Shown one piece after another: positions 44,391-54,407 of a DNA stretch of 64,000 nucleotides. Positions within the stretch are counted from its first letter, which is position 1, and each line of letters opens with the position of its first letter. The notes under the pieces were generated by a model. The model was not told where the DNA came from. It searched no databases and saw only the letters and a program-made list of their open reading frames with translations. The position numbers and the translations under genes are program-made. The stretch spans positions 48,764-112,763 of the forward strand of contig CAZFMX010000001.1 in assembly GCA_964520425.1 (NCBI GenBank), read 5' to 3'. This DNA comes from an uncultured Desulfobacteraceae bacterium (GTDB lineage Bacteria; Desulfobacterota; DSM-4660; Desulfatiglandales; HGW-15).

Positions 44391-45500
44391 ATGAACTCAG
44401 GTCTCTATATCCATATCCCTTTCTGTCGGACAAAGTGCCTCTACTGCGACTTTTACTCGATTCCTTCTCTTTCCCTTGTTCCTAAATGGTTAGAAGCCGT
44501 TAAAAAGGAGACTTTTCTCTACAAAGGGCTTTTCCCCATCTTTGATTCCCTCTACCTGGGAGGGGGCACTCCAACGGTCTTAAGCCGAAGCCAATGGTCA
44601 GGATTGATGGAGATCCTTTTCACCCACTTTGCTTTTTCGCCTTTAGCCGAGGTGACCGTAGAGGTTAATCCCGATGACGTGACCGAAGGTCTTATGGGGC
44701 ATTTGCTCGGTCTGGGAGTGAATCGCATTAGTCTCGGAGTCCAGTCCTTTGATGACCAAGAACTCCATGGCTTGGGAAGACGCCATACTTCCTATAACGC
44801 CATGGAAGCGATCCGATGTATCAGAGACCTTGGTTTCAGCAATATGGGATTAGACCTGATGTATGGACTTCCGGGACAGACTCAAGCCCAATGGTTCAAA
44901 ACCCTGAAAAAGGCTGTTGATTTTTCACCGGAACATCTCTCCTGCTACCAACTAACCATCGAAGAAGAAACCCCATTTGGGAAGATGCGGGACAAAGGGG
45001 ATATTCATCTCCCGGATGAAGAAGCGCAGAGGGCATTGTTCATTCTCACCTCCAGCTTCCTTGAGCAGGAAGGGTATTTACAATATGAGATTTCAAATTT
45101 TGCCAAAGGGAGGGAATTCATCTGCTACCATAACATGAAATACTGGCAGCATGTCCCCTACCTGGGGCTTGGTCCTTCGGCCCATTCCTTCCTGAGGAAT
45201 CGACGATGGTGGAACTTCAAATCTGTGGAGGATTATTGTGAAGCTCTTGCTGGCAGAAGGAGGCCTGTGGCCGATGAGGAGATTCTTACTAGGGAACAGC
45301 AGGATCTGGAGTCTCTTATGCTCGGGTTGAGAACCATGGAGGGGATTGAGCTGGATCGGCTTGGTGACCGATCAAGAAGCGAAAAGGTCCTGAGAGATTT
45401 GGAGGGAACGGGGCTGGTGAGGATCGAAGAAGGACGGGTCATACCCACGCGAGAGGGATTTCTGGTAGCGGATAGCCTTCCGCTTCTTTTCTCTCTGTGA
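44391..45500 (+). CDS. hemW: radical SAM heme chaperone HemW (HemN-like)
   Basis: LYIHIPFCRTKCLYCDF radical SAM CxxxCxxC, GGGTP, and a HemN_C-like C-terminus. The position after lepA is typical. Confidence 0.9.
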   Translation: MNSGLYIHIPFCRTKCLYCDFYSIPSLSLVPKWLEAVKKETFLYKGLFPIFDSLYLGGGTPTVLSRSQWSGLMEILFTHFAFSPLAEVTVEVNPDDVTEGLMGHLLGLGVNRISLGVQSFDDQELHGLGRRHTSYNAMEAIRCIRDLGFSNMGLDLMYGLPGQTQAQWFKTLKKAVDFSPEHLSCYQLTIEEETPFGKMRDKGDIHLPDEEAQRALFILTSSFLEQEGYLQYEISNFAKGREFICYHNMKYWQHVPYLGLGPSAHSFLRNRRWWNFKSVEDYCEALAGRRRPVADEEILTREQQDLESLMLGLRTMEGIELDRLGDRSRSEKVLRDLEGTGLVRIEEGRVIPTREGFLVADSLPLLFSL

Positions 45501-45910
45501 CTCGGGCATGAAGATTCGATATGGGGATGTCTCGTGTCGTGTCCCAGAAATACCTTCCATAATTTTTGCAGGTTCTATGATACGTTGGGGGCATGGGGAT
45601 CTCTTTTCAGTTTCACCACCATCTATCCAGAGGTCGTGGAACGGCACCATAATTTTGCATATTATGAAGCAGCCCCACGAACAATGTACCCACAGCGATG
45701 GGCATTCTTTGTGCCTGTTCACCAAACGTTGTCCTCTTTGGGGGGGCGGTTAAGGACTCAGGCGTCTTTTGGGTGGTGGAACTGAAAAGAGACCTCCATG
45801 CCCCCTTTGAAGCTGTGCAGTATGTATTTATTATTCAAGGTATTTCTAAGACACGATACTCGTTTATGCCTTTTATTATCGTTTTTGAATAAATGTGAAA
45901 GAGGAAACAA

Positions 45911-46978
45911 ATGAAAATAGGATTAATGGGATTATCCCATTCAGGAAAAACAACGATCTTCAAAGCACTGACCAGTGTTGAAGCGGATGTTCAGGCCTAC
46001 GCAACAGAAAAGGCCGAGCCGAACCTGGCTATTGTGGCTGTCGCGGATGAAAGGGTGACGCGTCTTTCGCAGATGTATGAGCCGAGGAAGACCATCCATG
46101 CGACCATTGAGATGATGGATTTGGTGGGTGTGAGTCGCGACCCGGTCAAGGACTCAGCCCTGTCCGATCAGTCCATTACTCTGTTGAAGAATACGGACGC
46201 GTTGGCCTTGGTGGTTCGTAACTACAGAGACGATTTGATGGGGCCGCCAAATCCCCTGGCCGATATGAGCAGGGTGGAGGAGGAGTTGTTGTTTTCGGAT
46301 CTCGCCCTTTGCGAGGGACGCTTGGAACGCATTGAGAAGAGCTATCAACGCGGCAAGAAGACACCACAATTACAGAGGGAAGAAAAGATCGTGCGAAGGA
46401 TCTTGGAGCAGTTGAACAATGAGAAGCCTGTTCGAAAGCTCCCCATAACTAAAGATGAGCAGAAGATCATTCGCGGATTTCAATTACTCACCGAGAAACC
46501 GATGATGGTGGTTCTGAACTCCAACGAAGTGAATTTCGGAGACAATCAAACCCTAATGGACAAGATAGAGAAAGAATATAGCATCATCGAGTTTGCGGGA
46601 AAGTTTGAGATGGAGTTGTCCCGACTGGATGAAGAGGAAATGGCACTCTTCATGGAAGACATGGGGGTGACAGAGTCTGCCCGTGATCGTCTGTCTCGCA
46701 TGGCCTACGGGACATTGGAGTACATCAGTTTTTTTACAGTGGGCTCTGATGAGGTGCGTGCCTGGACCCTAAAAAGGGGTGAGACTGCTCTGGACGCGGC
46801 CGGAACCGTCCACACGGATTTGGCCCGAGGGTTTATACGGGCCGAGTGTTTTTCCTATGATGACCTCATGGAATGTGGGTCTGAAAAGGGTGTCAGAGAA
46901 AAGGGGCGGTTGCGTTTGGAGGGAAAGAACTACGTGGTTCAGGATGGGGATATTCTGAATATAAGGTATAACATTTAA
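45911..46978 (+). CDS. ychF: YchF/OLA1-family ATPase/GTPase
   Basis: G1 GLSHSGKTT. The C-terminus FFTVGSDEVRAWTLKRGETALDAAGTVHTDLARGFIRAE...EGKNYVVQDGDILNIRYN matches the YchF DUF933/TGS region. Confidence 0.85.
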   Translation: MKIGLMGLSHSGKTTIFKALTSVEADVQAYATEKAEPNLAIVAVADERVTRLSQMYEPRKTIHATIEMMDLVGVSRDPVKDSALSDQSITLLKNTDALALVVRNYRDDLMGPPNPLADMSRVEEELLFSDLALCEGRLERIEKSYQRGKKTPQLQREEKIVRRILEQLNNEKPVRKLPITKDEQKIIRGFQLLTEKPMMVVLNSNEVNFGDNQTLMDKIEKEYSIIEFAGKFEMELSRLDEEEMALFMEDMGVTESARDRLSRMAYGTLEYISFFTVGSDEVRAWTLKRGETALDAAGTVHTDLARGFIRAECFSYDDLMECGSEKGVREKGRLRLEGKNYVVQDGDILNIRYNI

Positions 46979-47091
46979 GGGCAAGGTTTACGGGACACGG
47001 TGTAAGGTACAAGGCGTATGGCGCGGGGCGCAAGGAATAAAATCCAGGTATTCTGTACCTTCAGCATTCAGTCTTTAGCCTTCCGCCTTCC

Positions 47092-47838
47092 TCACTCAAC
47101 TGTCTCCATGGCCGCGAATTTGGGTTCGTGAAGCGGAATCAGGATGTCGGTCATCCCTTTGATCTTGATCATGATGTCATAGGCCTCATAGGGATTGACA
47201 CAGGTGCCCGGGGGAATGACTTCCATCTCCATAGCCGTGATCTGCTTTGGGGGATAGAAATTTTCCATGATCACACAAAAACCGGTAATGGCGGCTTTAC
47301 CCTTTTCGGTCTCCACCAGGACAGTAAGTCCTCCCGGCGTGTGGGCCGGGGTATGGATCACTTCAACGCCCGGGACAATCTCTGTGTTCCCTATGAGGGA
47401 TTTGATCTGGCCCCTTTCTTCCACCTCTTCGATGTAGTCCTCCAAATAACGAATATCCAGAGGATGGGGATTATGGATCTGCTCAAGTTCCTTTTCATGG
47501 ACATAAATCGTCGCGTTTTCACACTTGTAGTCATTTTCGCAGTGGTCGTTGTGGAGATGGGTATGAATCACTATGTCAATATCCTTTGGTGAAAGACCCC
47601 ACCGCCTTAGCCCCTCCTCAAAGGTATAGATTTTTCCTCCAATGTCTTTTTCCCTCTCCTCGGACTGAATTGGACTCATCTCTCCGGTGTCCACTAGAAT
47701 TTTCTGATCACCCCCTTCCAGATACCAGGAGTAGATGGGGATGGTGTATGATTCACCATAACCGTATTGATAGGTCATCATACCTTTATCAAAGACCTTT
47801 GTGCCCATCACAATGGGATGAATTCTGAACAATGCCAT
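47092..47838 (-). CDS. MBL-fold metallo-hydrolase (AHL-lactonase-like)
   Basis: HTHLHNDHCEN (HxHxDH motif) and a later HTPAHTPGG. Confidence 0.8.
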   Translation of the reverse strand: MALFRIHPIVMGTKVFDKGMMTYQYGYGESYTIPIYSWYLEGGDQKILVDTGEMSPIQSEEREKDIGGKIYTFEEGLRRWGLSPKDIDIVIHTHLHNDHCENDYKCENATIYVHEKELEQIHNPHPLDIRYLEDYIEEVEERGQIKSLIGNTEIVPGVEVIHTPAHTPGGLTVLVETEKGKAAITGFCVIMENFYPPKQITAMEMEVIPPGTCVNPYEAYDIMIKIKGMTDILIPLHEPKFAAMETVE

Positions 47839-48160
47839 GATCTGAGGTCTCTTTGTGCGAGGTTCAGGGGTTTGGGTTGGGAAACGCGATATCTATGAAC
47901 AAGGTTAACATATTCTTGTTAAATCTATAACCCGTTATCAGATTTTTTTGGTTTTTTCTGTTGGAAGAAGCCTGAGCATTTTCTGGAGGCCTCCTTTTCT
48001 TTGGGTCGGTCTCCATTATTTTTCATTAGGTTCGTCCATCCATAGCCTGTCCTCCGCAGAGCTTATATGGATTGCGGGCTGCGGAGGATGGATCGGAAAG
48101 TAACTGATTTGGGTAATTCAGTCATAGATCCCGTCCATTGTGGCCACCTGGAGTTTCAAT

Positions 48161-48355
48161 TTATCTTACTTGGAAACCGGACTCAGTGAACAAAATGGTC
48201 CCAATGAGAACCAGACTCACTCCAATGGCCATGGATGCAGGACAAGCCCAAGCGCCGGAGACAATCGTTCCCAGGGAGAAGAGTGTGAAAAAGTAATTCT
48301 TAAAGACAGAATTTCTGCTAGTTGCCTTTTTTGTCGATGTATAGATGCTTTTCAT
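48161..48355 (-). CDS. small two-TM membrane protein
   Basis: 64 aa from MKSIY. GGAGG lies 5 nt upstream of that ATG. Divergent from the pspA region. Confidence 0.4.
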   Translation of the reverse strand: MKSIYTSTKKATSRNSVFKNYFFTLFSLGTIVSGAWACPASMAIGVSLVLIGTILFTESGFQVR

Positions 48356-48900
48356 TTTTTCCTCCATTTGCTCATTGTTGTGTCATTCCATCTTTCTTGT
48401 TTGCGGTTAGGTTGAATCATTGGCTCTGTTATCCTGTTTGGAGGTTGAAGTATTCAACCTTATTTACTTGTCCTTTAGATGAGAGGTTACAGGTTATTCG
48501 TTTCTCTCCAGTATATATTTGACTTCATGAAATAGCATGAAGTGTGCCAAAAACTATTTTTCCTGAATAATCAACATGTTGATGGCAATCGGGAAATGGA
48601 TGGAGAAAAAAGAGATGGCAAAGAGAGGCCATGTCTGATGAAAAAACACTAATTAGTGGCGAAATTGACCATACGCCGAAGAGGGGGCGTGTGAGTGTTG
48701 AACACTCGAAAAAAGAAAGCGGTTCGGTGGATTAATAGTCGACTATCAGAATAGGGTTATGTCGACAGATGCGAAAATGGCAAAAAACGCCAGTGATTGG
48801 TTTTTTTTGCCAAATGAGGGTCTTTCTTGCTATATGCGGCTTTTTTAAACAAAGCGTCTAACATGCTGTCTTTACGGCATTGTTTTGATAATTGGATGAG

Positions 48901-48916
48901 TGGCACGATTCCTGCC
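48901..48916 (+). promoter_or_regulatory. sigma-54 promoter of pspA copy 1
   Basis: TGGCACGATTCCTGCC with correct GG/GC spacing, about 40 nt upstream of ATG 48955. E. coli pspA is also sigma-54 dependent. Confidence 0.8.
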
Positions 48917-48954
48917 TTTAATCTTGGCAAATAGGGAATAGAAGGAGGTCAGCT

Positions 48955-49638
48955 ATGGGAATCTTTACACGGTTTCGTGACATCGTAAGTGCAAATATCA
49001 ATTCCATGCTGGATAAGGCAGAAGACCCGGAGAAGATGCTTAAAATGATGATTCGTGAAATGGAGGACACTCTAGTTGAGATCAAATCGGCATGCGCCGG
49101 TGTGATGGCGGCCGGGAAGAGGATTGAACGTGAACTGGAGGGAACCCAGTCTCGTATAGACTACTGGAATGGGAAGGCGACTCTTGCCGTGAGTAAAGGC
49201 CGAGACGATCTGGCTCGGGACGCACTTATTGAAAAGAGACGATACACGGAAAAAGCGGAAAGCCTTCATAGGGAACTCAAAGAACATCAGGTTCTGGTGG
49301 CGCAGTATCAAGATGATATGGTCCAACTGGAGCAGAAACTGGGTGGGGTACGTGAAAAGCAGCGCACCCTCGTCCAGCGCCATATATATGCCCGACGTCA
49401 AAGACAGGCCCAGGAAGAAATCCGGAGAATCGATAATTCCGAGGCCCTTTTCAAATTTGAAGAGTACGAAAACCGCATCGAGAGAATGGAGGCGGAGGCT
49501 GATCTGGTGAATTTCGGTAGAAAAGAGACCATTGAACAGGAGCTGGACGCCCTCATTGTGGATGAGGATATTGAAAATGAACTACAAAATATCAAATCCT
49601 CTCTCTCAAAGGACTCACAACAAACGACTGAATCGTAG
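48955..49638 (+). CDS. pspA: phage shock protein A (PspA/IM30 family), copy 1
   Basis: MGIFTRFRDIVSANINSMLDKAEDPEKMLKMMIREMEDTLVEIK is the canonical PspA N-terminus. Coiled coil throughout. Confidence 0.95.
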   Translation: MGIFTRFRDIVSANINSMLDKAEDPEKMLKMMIREMEDTLVEIKSACAGVMAAGKRIERELEGTQSRIDYWNGKATLAVSKGRDDLARDALIEKRRYTEKAESLHRELKEHQVLVAQYQDDMVQLEQKLGGVREKQRTLVQRHIYARRQRQAQEEIRRIDNSEALFKFEEYENRIERMEAEADLVNFGRKETIEQELDALIVDEDIENELQNIKSSLSKDSQQTTES

Positions 49639-49657
49639 TATAGAGAGGAGAAACATC

Positions 49658-50044
49658 ATGAGACGGTTTCACAATATCTGTTATGATCGAGGACTTTATC
49701 GATCCAGAAAAGGGATCATAATGGGGGTTTGCAGGGGTATTGGGGATTACTTCGATTTTTCTGTCTTCTGGATTCGGGTCATCCTGATTATTCTGTTCTT
49801 GATCAGCGGATTCTGGCCCGTAGTTGTCCTCTACTTCGTGGCTGGTTCTATCATGAAACCTGAACCTGTGATACGTCCCCGACAACATTATGAGGAGGAG
49901 TTTTGTGATGGCTATGCCCATACAAGAAGACCTGACTCTGATTACATAAAGAGACGCCAAAAGACACTTGAACGGCGAATACGTAATCTGGAAAGCACCG
50001 TGACATCAAAAGAGTACGACTGGGATCAGCGGTTGAGGGCATAA
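49658..50044 (+). CDS. pspC: envelope stress response membrane protein PspC, copy 1
   Basis: LYRSRKGIIMGVCRGIGDYFDFSVFWIRVILIILFL (PspC domain plus TM helix) and the C-terminal LERRIRNLESTVTSKEYDW, as in E. coli PspC. GAGAGGAG RBS. Confidence 0.9.
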   Translation: MRRFHNICYDRGLYRSRKGIIMGVCRGIGDYFDFSVFWIRVILIILFLISGFWPVVVLYFVAGSIMKPEPVIRPRQHYEEEFCDGYAHTRRPDSDYIKRRQKTLERRIRNLESTVTSKEYDWDQRLRA

Positions 50045-50201
50045 TCTGACGAGAATACATTGAAGCTCCCTGCAGCAAGCTGCAGGGAATCTCCCAAATG
50101 TAAGGAAGTATTTATTGTAATTCGCTCGCTAACCCCGCAGCCAAGCTACGGGAAATGCGCTCGCTGTGCATTTTCAAGAAAGCAATAACCTGTCTCATAT
50201 G

Positions 50202-50229
50202 AAATCGCGCTACCCGCGCGATTTTCTTT
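50202..50229 (+). terminator. rho-independent terminator after pspA-pspC copy 1
   Basis: AAATCGCGC-TACCC-GCGCGATTT forms a 9 bp stem followed by TCTTT. A further T-run follows nearby. Confidence 0.65.
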
Positions 50230-50242
50230 ACCAATTTTTTCT

Positions 50243-50270
50243 GGCAACCCTTTTGGGTGAGTCAGCGTCT
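50243..50270 (+). promoter_or_regulatory. ECF-type promoter candidate upstream of the ECF sigma gene
   Basis: GGCAAC-N17-CGTCT (AAC ends at 50248, CGTC starts at 50266), fitting the common ECF AAC-N16/17-CGT architecture. It lies 46 nt upstream of the start at 50316. Confidence 0.45.
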
Positions 50271-50315
50271 CTATAATATATCACTCAGAAAAGAACCTGA
50301 CGAACAGCCCTGAAG

Positions 50316-50894
50316 TTGAACTCACAAAATGAAAAAGTAGGTGTCACGACTTTCAACGACTCAAATCGCAAGAAGTCCCTCTTTGACTTAATTAGGTGTT
50401 GTCAGGATGGTGACACGAAGGCCATGGAAGAAATATACAGAGATTACAAATCCTCTCTCTTCAACCTAACTTATCGTTATACAAGAGATTTATCTTCAGC
50501 CGAGGATCTCCTTCAGGACATTTTCATAAAAATCTTCACACATATCCGTAAACTCCGTTCTCCGGAAGCATTTAATGCATGGGTTTACAGGACCGCTATT
50601 AATGCATGTATCAGCTTCACCCGCAGGTCTGGGAGGCGAAAGCATATTCCCCTCAATGAGATAGACAAGCCTGATAAAGCTGAAGAAAATAATACCCATA
50701 TCAAGCTGGATATGGAAAAAGCAGTAAGTACCCTGCCGCCTAAAGAGAAGGCCGTGTTTCTGCTTCACGATGTTCAGGGCTTCACCCACGGTGAGATAGC
50801 GCAGGTCATGAAATGGTCGGAAGGCACATCAAAATCTCAACTCTTTAGAGCGAGGATGAGGATAAGGGATCATCTAAAGGAGAAAAGAAAATGA
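50316..50894 (+). CDS. ECF-type RNA polymerase sigma-70 family factor
   Basis: Region 2 (DLIRCCQDGDTKAMEEIYRDYKSSLFNL...AEDLLQDIFIKIF) and region 4 (LPPKEKAVFLLHDVQGFTHGEIAQVMKWSEGTSKSQLFRAR). TTG at 50316 is the only start that keeps region 2 intact. Confidence 0.85.
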   Translation: MNSQNEKVGVTTFNDSNRKKSLFDLIRCCQDGDTKAMEEIYRDYKSSLFNLTYRYTRDLSSAEDLLQDIFIKIFTHIRKLRSPEAFNAWVYRTAINACISFTRRSGRRKHIPLNEIDKPDKAEENNTHIKLDMEKAVSTLPPKEKAVFLLHDVQGFTHGEIAQVMKWSEGTSKSQLFRARMRIRDHLKEKRK

Positions 50895-51559
50895 GATGCG
50901 CAAAGGCGCAAAGGTATATAAGTGATCACACCGACAAGCTCCTAAGTAGAGAACAGACTCAAGCCCTGGAACGGCATATGAAGGAATGCCCGGCGTGTAA
51001 GGAGCTTCTTGATGAAATGCAGATGATTGCGGGAGAGGCCAAGAACATGAAGTCTGTTCTGCCATCTGATAGCCTGTGGCTAAGCATTGAAGGTCAAATA
51101 CACAGGAGTGGCCGGAAAAGCAGAAGCTGGCCGATTGGAATAGGACAGTTTTTCCGGTTCTCTTTGTATTCCAGAGAGTTGGCCTTTTCAGGGAGTGGCC
51201 TTTTAGCCGGCCTGGTTTTGATGACTCTTTTCTACTACGGTATCCCTTTTATTCAAAATGTTAGGAGTATTCCGGATCAGGTGGCATCGGACCAGTTCGA
51301 AGAAGTGGATCGCCACTACCAAATCGCGATAGCGGCGTTGAATCAGGCGATATCAGAACAAGATGTGGAACTCAGCCCGGAGCTTGCAGCGGTATTTGAA
51401 GAGAATCTAGAGATTATTGATGAGGCGATTCAATCTTTCCGGACAGCAATGAACGAATATCCTGAAGACCAAGAGGTCAATGAATATCTTTTGATTTGCT
51501 ACAAGAAGAAGCTTGAACTCTTGGGGGAAATGAAAGACTTGATGATGCGGTCTGGATAA
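50891..51559 (+). CDS. zf-HC2 anti-sigma factor (single TM)
   Basis: HMKECPACKELL (H-x3-C-x2-C), a central TM segment, and an ATGA overlap with the sigma gene. Confidence 0.8.
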   Translation: MRCAKAQRYISDHTDKLLSREQTQALERHMKECPACKELLDEMQMIAGEAKNMKSVLPSDSLWLSIEGQIHRSGRKSRSWPIGIGQFFRFSLYSRELAFSGSGLLAGLVLMTLFYYGIPFIQNVRSIPDQVASDQFEEVDRHYQIAIAALNQAISEQDVELSPELAAVFEENLEIIDEAIQSFRTAMNEYPEDQEVNEYLLICYKKKLELLGEMKDLMMRSG

Positions 51560-51673
51560 GACCCGTTTTCAGCTGAAGTCAGGCCGAAGGCGTGATTTCC
51601 TTTCGAAATTTGAAAATGCGAAGCGGAAATCCAGCTTGCTGGGCTGCAGGGATCTTCAAATAGAGGACGATTA

Positions 51674-52600
51674 ATGAAAAGATCAAAACGTGACATAGCA
51701 CTGCTGACCATTCTTAGTATCGTGATTTGTTTTCCCTCTCTTGGATTCGCGATGGCAGAAGAGAGGATTGTCGAAACCTATCCTTTGGAGAGCACAGGCA
51801 AGGTGTATCTGGAAAACATATCCGGTGACATCACAGTGAGTAGCTGGGATAAAAACGAAATTGAGATCACGGCGATCAAAAAAGGTCGAAGGGAGAGAGA
51901 TCTTGATGACGCCACTATTCATATTCGTCAAATCGACGGTAATATCCGGATCATTACAAGGCACGACAGAGAATTCAGTCTGTTCCGATCAGGCTCTGTA
52001 TCCATTATTTATGACATCGTTGTCCCTGCCAAAGCGTCGGTGAGGGTGAAAAGCATAAGCGGTGATGTTGAAGTACGAAAGATAGGCGGCCTTCTAAATG
52101 TAGAGACTGTCAGTGGTGAGATACGGGTAAGACTTGCCGAGAGTAACGTGCGATGCAAAAGCACAAGCGGTGATATCGATATGGAATACATTCACGGAGA
52201 TGCTGAGTTAGAAAGCGTATCCGGAGAAATATCTATACAGGAGATTGAGGGCTCCGTAGAAGCAGGAACCGTCAGTGGAGACATTGAGCTGGAGGCATTT
52301 TCTTATTCGGAAGAAATAGAGGTGAGTTCCACCAGCGGGGATGTAAAGTTACGAGGAGAGTTGAGCCCCGGAGGCATCTATAGACTCGATTTATTCAGCG
52401 GAGATACAAAAGTGGTTATACCGTCCGACTCAGACTTTGAGTTTTCAGCAAAAACGTTTAGTGGTTCTATAGAGTCTGACTTTGAGCTTAAGCTGTCAGG
52501 GAGATTCAACCCGAAAAAAATCCGAGGGACTGTCGGCAAAGGCGGGGCCAGCCTTGCCATTTCTTCATTCAGTGGAAATATACGCATTATGAAACGGTAA
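51674..52600 (+). CDS. DUF4097 (toast-rack) beta-repeat protein 1, secreted
   Basis: Signal peptide, then many repeats of the SGDI/SGEI-x-V type (ISGDVEVRKIGG, VSGEIRVRLAE, TSGDIDMEY, VSGEISIQE, VSGDIELE). Confidence 0.8.
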   Translation: MKRSKRDIALLTILSIVICFPSLGFAMAEERIVETYPLESTGKVYLENISGDITVSSWDKNEIEITAIKKGRRERDLDDATIHIRQIDGNIRIITRHDREFSLFRSGSVSIIYDIVVPAKASVRVKSISGDVEVRKIGGLLNVETVSGEIRVRLAESNVRCKSTSGDIDMEYIHGDAELESVSGEISIQEIEGSVEAGTVSGDIELEAFSYSEEIEVSSTSGDVKLRGELSPGGIYRLDLFSGDTKVVIPSDSDFEFSAKTFSGSIESDFELKLSGRFNPKKIRGTVGKGGASLAISSFSGNIRIMKR

Positions 52601-52712
52601 AGCCCTGAGTTTAGTGATGCGTTTACAACAGAGTGTTGTAATGTAGAGACTGGCTATAAGCTGGAAAAAGAATATAGAGACTAAAACATTTTTATCAGCG
52701 GAGGGTGTTGTT

Positions 52713-53084
52713 ATGTATAGCGTGAGACGTGTGTGTGTATGGGTTATGATAATGAGTCTGTGCCTTATTATTAGCGGGTGTTTGATTTCTACGCGACAAT
52801 ATACGAATCAGACATCTCCGGGACGCGAATTATCAAAGAGTCAAATAAAGAAGATCGAGCCGGGAGTAACGACGAAAGAGTGGCTGTTGCAGACATTCGG
52901 AATGCCGACAAGGCAAAGGACCTTTGATAATGGTGAGGAAACATGGGAATATGAGAGAAGTTACAGAACAGAGTCTGAAAGCCATGTATTCTTCATTATC
53001 AACACAGAAACTGTCACCAGGACAAGAGAGACATTGATCATTGACATAAAGGACGGCATTGTCCAGGACTACGTGTTTGAATGA
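52713..53084 (+). CDS. BamE/SmpA_OmlA-like lipoprotein
   Basis: Lipobox LIISGC, and KIEPGVTTKEWLLQTFGMPT...GEETWEY typical of SmpA_OmlA. Confidence 0.65.
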   Translation: MYSVRRVCVWVMIMSLCLIISGCLISTRQYTNQTSPGRELSKSQIKKIEPGVTTKEWLLQTFGMPTRQRTFDNGEETWEYERSYRTESESHVFFIINTETVTRTRETLIIDIKDGIVQDYVFE

Positions 53085-53160
53085 TGGTAAAAAGCCCCTT
53101 TTTTCAGAGATGGGCAAGGCTCGGAACTGGTTCCGGCAACAACCTCTAAAAAGGAGCATC

Positions 53161-53973
53161 ATGATGAAATGTAAACCCTGTTTTATTGCTGCGGTTCTGT
53201 GCGTCCTTTGGGCCGCCTGGACACTGACTGGCTATTCATGGGCTTATTCGGAAGAAAGCCAGTATTTTGAAGAGACCTATCCCGTATCAGGGAGGGGGGC
53301 GCGAGTCAGTCTCGAGAACGTCAACGGAGACGTTCGCATTGAGGTGTGGGATCAGGCAGAGGTTCGGGTGCAGGCAGAAAAATTCGCCAGTTCCCAGGAA
53401 TTGCTGGATGACTTAGAGATCAAGATCATCGCTAGCCAAGACTCTGTCCGTATTGACACCCATTCCCCTGATCATCGTTTCTTCTTTGGTTGGCTTTCCT
53501 CCGGCAGAAACGGGCACTATAGAGTGGAATACACTTTGACCGTGCCGCGTGACGCCGAGCTGGATTCCATTGATCTCGTCAACGGTGATCTTGTTGTCAT
53601 CGGGGTTCAAGGTGGGATGCAGGCTGAGTTGGTCAACGGGGATATCATCGCCAAGGATATAGGCGGAGACCTGCGCCTATCCACAGTCAACGGCTCTATC
53701 AGTCCGGAGTTCGAGGACATGGAGAATGTCGAGCGTATCGAGTTGGAATCGGTAAACGGAGAAATCAGACTCATTTTACCATCGGGGGCGAGTGCCTCGG
53801 TCCGCGCCGAGACGCTCAACGGCTCCCTCCGAAATGACTTCGGGCTCGAGGTCCATAAGCACGAATACGTGGGCGCTGACATGTGCGGCGAGATCGGTGG
53901 TGCTGACGTTGACGTCAGAATCGAGACCGTCAACGGTGGCGTTGAGATAAGCCTGAGTGACAAGGCCAAGTAA
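53161..53973 (+). CDS. DUF4097 (toast-rack) beta-repeat protein 2, secreted
   Basis: Signal peptide and VNGD/VNGS/VNGE repeats (LENVNGDVRIEV, LVNGDLVVIG, LVNGDIIAKD, TVNGSISPE, SVNGEIRLIL, TLNGSLRND, TVNGGVEISL). AAAGGAG RBS precedes ATG 53161. Confidence 0.8.
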   Translation: MMKCKPCFIAAVLCVLWAAWTLTGYSWAYSEESQYFEETYPVSGRGARVSLENVNGDVRIEVWDQAEVRVQAEKFASSQELLDDLEIKIIASQDSVRIDTHSPDHRFFFGWLSSGRNGHYRVEYTLTVPRDAELDSIDLVNGDLVVIGVQGGMQAELVNGDIIAKDIGGDLRLSTVNGSISPEFEDMENVERIELESVNGEIRLILPSGASASVRAETLNGSLRNDFGLEVHKHEYVGADMCGEIGGADVDVRIETVNGGVEISLSDKAK

Positions 53974-54354
53974 GGGGCCAGACAGAGCCTATTGTCTTCG
54001 GATTGTACCTTTTCCCTCCTTTGAGTTATCGGCAGCCTGATTTTCTTCTGCACTGTGAATCTTCAGTGAAAAATGTTCGAAAACGAACAAAATAACCTTA
54101 AAAACGGACAACCCTCAGTTGGGAGATCAAGTTAACTTATTGAAATAAAAAGAATTAAAGCCACGGCACGCTTATTGCTGATATGAAATGACATGGCGTT
54201 TTCATATCGGTTTCATTTTGAAATCTCTTCATTGGCCAAATAGGGCACTTGTTAGTTTCTTTCGCCAGATATGGGCTTTTTAACCAAATCTCGTAATCCT
54301 GGTGAATATATGTAACATGCTGATTTGACAGTAGTTCTTGGACTATATGATCAA

Positions 54355-54370
54355 TGGCACGATTCCTGCG
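54355..54370 (+). promoter_or_regulatory. sigma-54 promoter of pspA copy 2
   Basis: TGGCACGATTCCTGCG, identical to copy 1 over 15 nt, about 38 nt upstream of ATG 54408. Confidence 0.8.
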
Positions 54371-54407
54371 ATTGTATATGGCAAACAGAGAACAAAGGAG
54401 GCCAGCT

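Larger units (their letters stand above)
48809..50044 (+). repeat. segmental duplication copy A (regulatory region + pspA + pspC)
   Basis: Collinear with 54235..55492 through conserved upstream blocks (GCCAAATGAGGG, GGCTTTTTTAA, TAACATGCTG), an identical TGGCACGATTCCTGC promoter core, and both CDSs. Confidence 0.85.

Noticed and set aside
45642-45659. Sigma-54-like CGGCACCATAATTTTGCA upstream of ychF.
   Set aside because: The GG to GC offset is 14 nt, so the spacing is wrong.
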